NCBI GenBank assembly: GCA_964016885.1 | Contig: OZ024740.1 | Coordinates: 192,882,001 to 192,946,000, forward strand | Direction of reading: 5' to 3' | From: Eledone cirrhosa | Taxonomy: Eukaryota | DNA: 64,000 nucleotides | Shown: one piece after another, positions 53,562-64,000 of the stretch | Layout: the number at the start of each line of letters is the position of its first letter | Position numbering within the stretch: position 1 is the first letter of the stretch | The notes under the pieces: generated by a model | Told to the model about the DNA's origin: nothing | The model's database searches: none | Seen by the model: only the letters and a program-made list of their open reading frames with translations | Position numbers and translations under genes: made by a program

Positions 53562-56313
53562 CTTGAGACTAAATACCATAATAGAAGAAAGTTAATCCGG
53601 AACTATACTCGTTTTTCCAACTTGATCAGCTCTACTAAGTGTAATACATTTATTAAAAAATTCACATTTATTTCTAAAGATAGACATTTAAACTTCAGTG
53701 TCTGATGTTTTCAATTTTCTCGTCTCATTGATTTTCTCTTCCTTTATTCATCATAGAAATTTGATATTTTGGATATATTGATATTTTCGTGAGTTCATGT
53801 AGAATATGACTTTAAAGACACAACTTCAAAGCTTTAGACTGTATGTCTCGCTCACGCTGGCAATAACACAACTAACCCCAACAGTATATATATCTCCTAA
53901 ATCGTTATAATCATCACTATAATTATCAGCAGCAATCACTCATCAACACTTTCATGTGGCATGCAGTTAATAACAGGTTTTCTTTAGCTGCCAGATGAAT
54001 ACCTTGCCTTCCACTTTATTACTGAGTTGCCCGTTTTATATATTTACTGACTAAACGTTAAAAAGACTTCCTCAGCTGACACTTTCCATTTAATGACAAC
54101 TCATAGTTATATGTACACCCGACTAGTTTGTTCTAGCTTACGTTATTTTCTCTAGGTGCAGTATCTACTTATGTATGTATGGTCCTGTAACTCCTGATGG
54201 AGTCATGGTGGGGTGGGTGTTGGTGGGTGGCTGTATTGACATAAAGCATTTCTTGGTCATTTTACGCTTAGCGGAGCCCATAACTCTTCGGGCCCTAGTA
54301 CAGCAGATTTCTCTCAGAGAAATATAGAAAGTAAGAGAGAGGATATTAGAAAGAGATATAGAGAAACAATCTACCGCAGTACTAGACTGGTACTTTTGTT
54401 TATCGAAAGTTGACCTTGGCAGGATTTGAAATCAGAGAGCAGAGACCCGGAATGAAGAAGCCAAAGCATTCCATCCGACGTTCAACGACTCTGCCAATTC
54501 GCTGTCTTCTCTAACTATATCTGTGAGTATATATTTGGATAGCTACTCACCAACACGTATGTGTATCGTTTGTAGCTACATCATATAGTAAATATCATGT
54601 CTATCATAGGCACAAAAGCATATCTTTGCAAGAAGTGTTTGGTCGATTAATTCGCCTCCAAGAATTGATTGGTACATTATTTCATCGACGGAAAGATAAA
54701 AGGCAAATGTGACCTCGACGGGAGTTGACCTCAAAACGTAAAAGAAAAAGCAGAATAAATATATTTTGTATTTAAATGTATAAAATAACAGAAGAATACG
54801 CAATGTAAATATTTCAGTTGTCGGCCAAATCATCTTGCTACTTGTTAATATAGCAATATATATTAGCAGAGTGATATGAAATTAAATGATTTTGTTTAGA
54901 GTATTCAAGACAAAAATAAAGTGAAATGTATCGCTTACCAGAAGTTAAATCAAAATTCTATTAATCTTACACCATTTTGTTAATCGATATTCCACTCTAC
55001 TTGACAAGACGTTTGGAAAATTACATTATCTGTCATAAGGAGGAAAGACAAGGGAAATATATCAGTCGTACCAGATTCACTATCTAATTCTAAGTCCAGG
55101 TTTAGCTATATGACTAGACATACACATTTATATTGCTGGTATGTAATGTATTGATAAATGTATTTACGTTGTATTAGAACACATGTGGTAGAAGAAAGAA
55201 TACGAATAATAGAATATTTTTATTCCAGCTCTATGATGTTTCTGCCAGTTCCCTCACTTTACATTTCAAATTATAGAAAATATACAAAATATACATACAT
55301 TTTCGTTTCCGCTTCTGCCTTTCCTCAATCCTTCTTCCTTAATTTCTCATTCTATTTTCTGATGAAAGACTAGCGTCCTAAATTTTAAGACTCTTTTCCT
55401 ACAATATCAAGCGTAAAACTAATAGTATATTTCTCATCGTACTGTGACGTTTGCTTTGTTCTTTCTTTTTGTCTTTTGCTTTGTTTATAAGTTTCCTACA
55501 CAAACGTTGCTCCAGATTTAATCATATAAGGTACTGGCAGATTCTATCATAGCTACTAGTTGACCCCAGTGTATTGTATCTGATGTATATATATATATAT
55601 ATATATATAATGCATTCTGATGTAATAAACATTTGTAACTTTCGTTGTCATTGTGGAGAAGCACAGGTATTTTATCTACCGCCTCTTATCCCATGTTTTC
55701 CTTGGCGATGATCGGGGAAACTTGTATGCTTATCTTACCCTGCATCACTTTGTTCTATGGTATTCTAAGATCCTCAAATCTTGCAGATCACAAACAATAC
55801 CTTATTAACAAGGTCAGAACACTTAGTGTGTATTTTCACGATACAGTCAACACATCACACACAGCCGCCCAACGTTGAGTACTGGAGAAAATATACTAAC
55901 TAATATAGCAAGCCAAACTCGACAAATAAGTCATGGACATACCAATTAGCAAACATACCAAAACTGCTCATAAAAAGGTAGAATATTTTCAAGTTATTTC
56001 AGGCAGTTAAACATTCATGTAAAAATTGTTATGCTGTCATATTCACGTTTCATAATGTCGAAATTTTCGTCGAGCCTCCTCGACAATGCCAAAGAGAGTA
56101 TTCTGTTAGTTACTGAATAGTTTACTTTAACTACCAATTAAATAATCACCACAGAACAAAGCTTAATGTTACACGCGATACGATTTAAAATACAAATATT
56201 TCGAGATACGCTTTCATTAGCCAAGCATATGCTACATGCGTATTGCTACATAGTAAATATATATTCTCTACTTTACATCATGTTCACCTGAGTACACATA
56301 CGTAACACAAGAT

Positions 56314-56440
56314 TTACTTCGATGCAGAAACGTTCAAAATATACATACATAGATGTTACTTCGATTTCAGACACGTTCAAAATATACATACGTAGATGTT
56401 ACTTCGATGCAGACACGTTCAAAATATACATACGTAGATG
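56314..56440. repeat. ~42-bp tandem repeat x3
   Basis: ttacttcgatgcagacacgttcaaaatatacatacgtagatg. Confidence 0.9.
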
Positions 56441-57647
56441 TATATAGACTCGACGTAAACACATATATGAGTTGTCTGTACGTTCTCAGTCAGTATAAAC
56501 GCACGCACATAATATTTTTTTTATATACTGGGTACATTTGTACAATCTCATGTTTCGACTCAACTGACATCTGTTGTTGGAGAAAGAAGAAAATATAAGA
56601 ATGTTCATCTCATGCAACATTCTAATTGAGACTTATGAGTGCCACGAAAAAAAAACCATTTCTCATTCTGTACTTTATCTATAATAGGATGATATTGTTA
56701 AATTCTTTTTGTTTTATGTAATCCATATATTGTTCAGAATAATTGGATGTTTAGGCACACAAACCCATGCACACGTCAGCACACTAAGCACGCACGGATA
56801 CACACTCACTGGGTTGTTATCGTACGTTTTAGATAACGGGTATTACACTTCCAGCAATGAAACAGCCTCCTCTGGAAACTGGCGTGGAAGTGCTTGAGCA
56901 TTCCATAGATACATTTATTGTTAGCGTAATTTGCAAGGAGATTCATCATGAGAGAATGTATGACAAGGACCTTACATCCGATGACCTTCCAAACATTTTG
57001 TCTACCTAATCTCACTGAATCGGCATAGGACAATCTTAGGACTTAATAATTGTTTCTACTTTTGGCACAAGGCCAGCAATTACCCCGAAAGGATGCAAGG
57101 CAAATTTAACATCCGCATGACCACATGGACGTCTTAATCATTCCGTTATTGCTTCCTCCACACACACACACACGCACGCACATACGCACGCACACACACA
57201 CGCACGCACACACACACATATACACATATTAATATAATGTGTGTGCGTGTGTATGAAACGTCGAAATCCCAACACAGTATCTCTTTAAATGATAATAGCT
57301 TTCGACCATTTTTTAAAGTGTCCTCATATGTAATATCTCGAGAATTGAGGAAAATAAAACACCTCCATAATTCAGAATCTTTTCCAGATTCTCATTCGAA
57401 GGTCTATACGTTAGGTATGGGTTGTTACAGCTTTTCTTATATTCAGTCGTCGAAGAATTCACGGTCATAATGTGAAGTGTTTTGATGCTTTAAATATAGA
57501 CGAGACATTAAAGAATCAGAAATACAGGCACCACCACACGCGCATGCTCTGAAGTTTAAGGTCACAGCTTAGAAGTCTTGTAGGAGGACACATTTTAAGG
57601 ATCAAATTGAGGGAAATTCCAATTATAAAGTGTATAAATCATTGACT

Positions 57648-57649
<2 letters not shown>

Positions 57650-57683
<34 letters not shown>

Positions 57684-57744
57684 ACCACACAGAATACAGA
57701 AACACACACACACAAACACACACACACATGCACACACACACACA

Positions 57745-57790
<46 letters not shown>

Positions 57791-57805
57791 TACACACACA
57801 CACAA
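57650..57805. repeat. (CA)n compound microsatellite
   Basis: Seen directly. Confidence 0.95.
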
Positions 57806-58454
57806 ACCACCAGACACGCACTCATTCTTTCACTCATATCATGTGGCCGCGAATGTGTGTGTGTATAGAGGTAGGGTGTAATACAGGCGCATGTTTAGAG
57901 AATAGCTTGATTATCTATGAACTCTACCCATATCATGGATTTGAACGTTAACTCATTGTTACCGTATCATTTGGTTTATACTAATGACGCTATTTGGAGA
58001 GCAATTTATATATTAGCTTTTCATTTTCTTTTCTTTAAAAACCTTACCGTCACTCCCTCTTTCAATGTAACTATCTTAAAATGTGTAATCAATAAACAAT
58101 GAAACAAACATCGTCAAGATTACCTATCGGTGGATAAATCGCTCTCCGTAATATATACTGCAATTTATCTTGAAATAAATTAGTTAATATCGGCAGTAAT
58201 CCTATAATATTCTAGGTTTTGTAAGACCTTAGTCAAATAGTATAAACTAAATTATTTATCGTTCGATGTAAAGGAGTTTATGTCATGTTCTATAACAATT
58301 GTGTGTTTGACAATAATATTTGATTTATTTTATATTATTACGTTTATGTAAAGATAAAATGTTATCACGGGAAATATGCAATTGTTTTTAAGTACCTACT
58401 TGCAATTTCTTCAACTTATTTGTTTCTAGAATACAGTTATGGTAATATACATAC

Positions 58455-58802
<348 letters not shown>

Positions 58803-60724
58803 AATCTAATCTTATGGCTTAGAACATTTCTTTGTCAGAGGAAATATTTACATCTACTTTATCATACGTTCGACAATAATGAAATTACAACAATGGTGAG
58901 ATATAGGGAAACTACACCAAGTTTCAATGATTTCGTATAGTGATAGCTGTCGTTACTAGAAATATATACTAAGTAAAAAAACGCATTCATAATTAGAATG
59001 TGTTCTGCTGATAGAATATTTGATTAGTGCCACAAGGGTCATTGATACAGATGTTATTCTGTAGTCATGAAAAATATCTTAACCATTGCTTACTCAGTCT
59101 ATGTTTCTGGATTCGTAATGTTGTAAGTTAGCATGTACATGGAGTTTATGGAGGCCTTATGGCAATGAACAACCCATTGGTTTCAAAATGAACTAAAGGT
59201 ATTCTAAAAAATTACGCACGCCATGAGCGAACTCTTCACTCGGAAACAATGTTTAAAACAAACGTAAATACATCATACAGAAGAAGAATGGACATGATAT
59301 GAATTAATATATTTTCAATGAATGTATATTATCTTTAGAAAAATACAAATCAAATATTTATCAGCCATAGGCGATAAAATTGTTTTCGATAAAATTTCAC
59401 TGCACAACAGCAGTAGATGATAGCTGATCAACTTCTCTTCATATTGTTTTTTCTTCTGGGTGTGAAGAATTTATACGTTATATAGGTCTATAAATATTTT
59501 GAATGGAACAAAAATAGCTTTTAAATGAATAAAATGTTTTGCCTTTGATTTGCCATTTCATAACTTCCGAAACCTATACCTATTCACAGTAACTGAAATA
59601 TGAATATAGATGATTGTTTGTAACCTTGATTTAACTTAGCAGCCATACATACGTTGGGGGTATCAGTTTAATTACAAAATTTGTTTTCTTGCAAGATACA
59701 TTTGTAAGATCTACGAAGTGGATAATAACTAGATGTACTGATAACAGAAACGAAAAAGAAGGGACGTCATTTGATCAACATCTCTTGTGCGTGTATGTTA
59801 AACACCTTCATTAAATATTATATTTCCCTCTTCATATTATGTATTTAAATCTGGGGAGTTTGTGAAGGTCACAGCTATTTACATGTACACATTATTTTGT
59901 CGGCAAGTGGATATAACTGTCAAGTCATTGACCAATAAACGATTGTTCTCCCTCTTATGCTAGCTACCACGAAGTACAAGGAGATATCATTTTATCAAGA
60001 CGTAAAAATATCTGTTTTGCAAGCTGTAAAGAACGATTCAAGAGAAGCAGTGTGATTTAATAATATATATTATTCCATGTCTAAGTGTTCAATGATCATG
60101 ACAAGGATTATATCTGTCGTTAGAAATACATTTGCCATTGAATTTAACACTGGGGACTTAAACGAGCTACCTTCAGATAATAACATCAAACTTAATAAAA
60201 GGATGCATTTCGCCCCTTGTCAGCGCTTCAAATAATTGAATTCGACAGCTGGCGTTCAACTGTGATGTCTCTTACCTTGTTTAATGTTTTTCCTATCCCA
60301 TTACTTTAGGAATTGCTAAGGCTATGGATACAATCAAATGAATATAAAAATGACAATAAATAAATAGCTAGTGACAAGTGTTTTAAAGCAGAGTGGTGGC
60401 TCCATGCAAATTAGACAATGATGCAGTTTCCAGTATTAGTAGAAGCTATTTTCCGTTAATTACAGTATTAATTCTCCTGTGAATAGTATGGATATTGTGG
60501 TACTCCATGTAATCTCCTCCTAGATTATTGTGGTCAGGAAATTGAATAATACATTTAAATACTTAAATGATCTCTATACTATTCTAGTTTGCAATATTGT
60601 TTCGATTCCAGCTCTTGGCTATTTACTGGGTTTTTTTTTATAAAAAAAAATAATAACAGTGAAACGTCTAGAGAAAAGAATTCAAGTTATATAAACTAGT
60701 TTACTATCTCCAATAAAGTATAGG

Positions 60725-61035
60725 TTCTTCTTCTTCTTCTTCTTCTTCTTCTTCTTCTTCTTCTTCTTCTTCTTCTTCTTCTTCTTCTTCTTCTTCTTCT
60801 TCACACTGTTATTCCTGAGAAGATCATGGGGGCAGTCTTACACCATCATCATCCTGTAGTTCCTGTAAGAAGCAACGATCTCCAATTGTTCCAGCGCGAT
60901 CCCAAAGCGAGACCAGTTCAGTATATGGATATTATCCAAACATCCTGCTCGGAGTCTTGCTGGGACGCCTGTTGTTTGGTTACCTAAGACATAAGCTCGT
61001 AGTATCAGAGCTGTGATATCTCAATTCGGAGAAAT
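60725..61035 (-). mobile_element. RTE 3' end with an expanded (GAA)n tail (60725-60802)
   Basis: Homologous to 28690-28990; long (TTC)n run on the + strand. Confidence 0.65.
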
Positions 61036-61288
61036 CGAAGCTCTACCAGTAATTGTATTTTTAAAACAATATTACATATTGCGAATTCCTCCAAACTCTC
61101 TTTCATTCTAAAAAAGTAACTTATCTACTTCTTACATAGACATAAACAAAAGCATTATGTGAATTCAAGTAGTATTGAGTAAAAATAGAAAATGACTGAA
61201 ACATTATAACCATCGAACGTTTTCGGTTACATAATAGCGCAATACATTAGTAGACTTGAAACTAATAGCGATTTTCTCACACGCTATG

Positions 61289-61464
<176 letters not shown>

Positions 61465-62143
61465 ATTTGTTATATTTATATTTAGAAATATAAATAAGAT
61501 ATGGGTAATATTGTATATTAGCCGATTACCAGTAAGATAATTAGCTCAATGTAAAATATCAGATATAATACAGAGCAGAAATACAACACTAATAACAATC
61601 AAATTGTGTTTAAGGCATTCAATGGCTTACGATCGTTTCATCCAGATATAGATCTGTATTCATATATATATATATACAAATATAATTTCGGCAGGGGCCA
61701 AAAACAAAACGAAACGAAACGACAAGCACTCAATGGACTAAAATAAGACCAGAGCAATTAACATACGTTATAGTGGCCAGATGAAATGAAAACAGTGGTC
61801 GTGAAGCCATCAGCCACCGGAGTAAAAAAATAAAGCAAGCTAAACAGGTTAACAAAAGAATTTACCGGGACCTTCTGGAAATTGTTTGTAAAATCCAGTG
61901 GGAGGTTTCTGTGACTACTAAATCAATTATGCTGCCTGCTTTCGTTGTAAGCTTTTGGTATAACGATCAAACAAGGTAACCATTTCGTCAACAGGTATTT
62001 TGTTCTCAGCCCGCTACTAAAAAAAAAATATATATATATATATATAGATAGAGAGAGAGAGGGGGGAGTGTGTGTGTGTGTATGTGGTGCTGGGACGGGG
62101 AAGACTATTAATTACCGGAATACTCTCTGCATGGGCAGAATTT

Positions 62144-62189
<46 letters not shown>

Positions 62190-62369
62190 ACAGGGAGATT
62201 ATTAGGAAGAAAATATATATCTTTTTCCTTTTTTGTCTCTCTCTCTCTCTTTTCTGAGTTAGAAAGTGATTAAAACGAAATGTTTTACTTTGTGTGAAGT
62301 GTTAAAGTATTAGTTGATTTATTTATTATTTAACGATGGTATTTATTCATAAACATATTATGAAAAGGC

Positions 62370-64000
62370 CCAACACTACACACAACAGAAAAGAATGAGA
62401 AACATAAAATCCCTAACAACTCTTTACAAAGAAGGCCTTACAGATAAGGAATACAACTACATCACCAATTTCAAAATCAGAACCAGCCTTTTCTACGGTA
62501 TCCCCAAGACACACAAAAGCGAAATAATAGGTAGGCCTGCAAGCAAGTCACAGGCGTTTACATCAATATAGCCCCTCCTGATGACCTTAAATTAAGACCC
62601 ATAATAGCAGGCACCACATGTGAAACCCACCGCCTAAGCAATTTCCTAGATATTCTGCTTAAACCTTTCCTAAAACATATAAAAAGCTTCATAAGGGATG
62701 ACCTTGACATGCTCAACCACCTCCCAACAACACTCAATAACGGACATACCCTACTTGTAAACTTTGATGTCATCAATTTATATTCCAATATCCCACACAA
62801 CCTAGGTATAGAGGCAATACAATTCTGGATGGAAACTTTCCCCAGTGAACTCCCACAGCGCATCCCTAAAGAAATTTTGTTGGAGGGACTCCAATTCATC
62901 TTGGAAAACAATTTCTTCGAATCAATGCCAAATACTACAGACAGAAATCTGGGACTGCCATGGGCACGAAAGTGGCCTCCTCATAAGCCAACCTTGTCAT
63001 GGGATATTTGGAAACCATTCTCTACCGCAAAGTTCTAGACAAATACGGCAACCACTTCTACCAACACATAGAAAAGAACTGGAAGAGATATCTGGACGAC
63101 TGCTTCATCCTCTGAATGAAAGTATAGTTAGACTGTTTGAGTTCAAAACCCTTCTGAATGGTCTCAACACAAACTTACAATTCACAATGGATTACAGCCA
63201 TGAACAACGCCCTTTCCTCGATATCCTCATCAAGAAAACAAGCAACAAAATTGAACCAGATATATACTACAAACCCACAGACTCCAAACAATACCTTCCA
63301 TTCAACTCGTGCCACTCTAGACACACCAAAATGGCAAATCCTTATAACCTAGCCAGAAGGATCTGCACAATAGTTTCAGATAAATACACTTGCTACACAC
63401 GACAAGAAGAATTAAAAAACACACTTATCAGCAGAAACTACCCACCATCTCTAATCACCAATGGTTTCCAACGTACCCTAAAACTAGGCATCCAGGAACT
63501 CAGACATTCCAAACCCAGGAATGAACCGCAACAAAAAACTCTACCATACACCTCCACACACAACCCCCTAAACAATGAGGCATTCGACACCATCCTCAAG
63601 AACATTGCTTTACTAAAAAGAGACCCAAGAATGAACAATATCCTCCAAACACACAACATCATAAAGAGCAAAAGACAACCCAAATCATAAAAACATCCTT
63701 ACACAAGCCAAAATTCAACAAACCCTCACAATGTACAGTAACAAAATGCGGAAGGCCCAAATGTGGCATATGCATAAATCTACTAGAAGGTTCAACATTC
63801 CATTTTAAACAAAGACAACGTTCCACAGTTAAACACAACTTTACATGTGCATCTTAAAACCGTATCTATGTTTTGACCTGCTCAGGTTGTCAAGAGCACT
63901 ACATAGGACAGACAAAAAACAGCCTCCGTCAACGTATGACCATCCATAAATCACAAATTAAAATACAGGAATACAGAAAGATTGCATTTAGTGAACAAAT
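62370..64000 (+). mobile_element. Penelope-like element: RT + GIY-YIG endonuclease, disrupted, runs off the window
   Basis: FYGIPKTHK, LRPIIAG, FDVINLYSNIP, GTAMGT, WKRYLDDCF, PFLDI, YYKPT, CGRPKCGIC, IYVLTCSGCQEHYIGQT; several frameshifts and stops. Confidence 0.93.

Noticed and set aside
56314-56440. CRISPR-like periodicity (also 35530-35649)
   Set aside because: Head-to-tail tandem repeats without unique spacers; no cas genes; eukaryotic context

Overview
AT-rich, repeat-dense eukaryotic DNA with no long host ORF. The repeat complement suggests an octopod cephalopod genome (inference): tRNA-derived Meta-domain SINEs, CORE-type SINEs, RTE LINE ends with (GAT)n tails and long (TA)n/(CA)n/(AG)n microsatellites. 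The window holds about 17 copies of one SINE family, several with clean target-site duplications (TSDs), plus decayed RTE, Vingi-like, CRE-like and L2/CR1-like LINE fragments, a hAT MITE and a mariner-type mini-MITE. A frameshifted Penelope-like element (RT + GIY-YIG) runs off the right end. The most notable structures are: a 186-bp-arm perfect palindrome carrying a hammerhead-like motif beside a second 27-bp hairpin (45.9-46.3 kb); three more hammerhead-like relics typical of Penelope pseudo-LTRs (pLTRs); a SINE inserted in inverted orientation inside another SINE; and a cluster of short minus-strand exons placed head-to-head with a plus-strand 69-codon first-exon candidate at about 35 kb, where CpG-poor sequence switches to CpG-normal. 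No host gene can be named. Most ORFs in the supplied track are repeat or microsatellite artefacts. All alignments and translations were done by eye.
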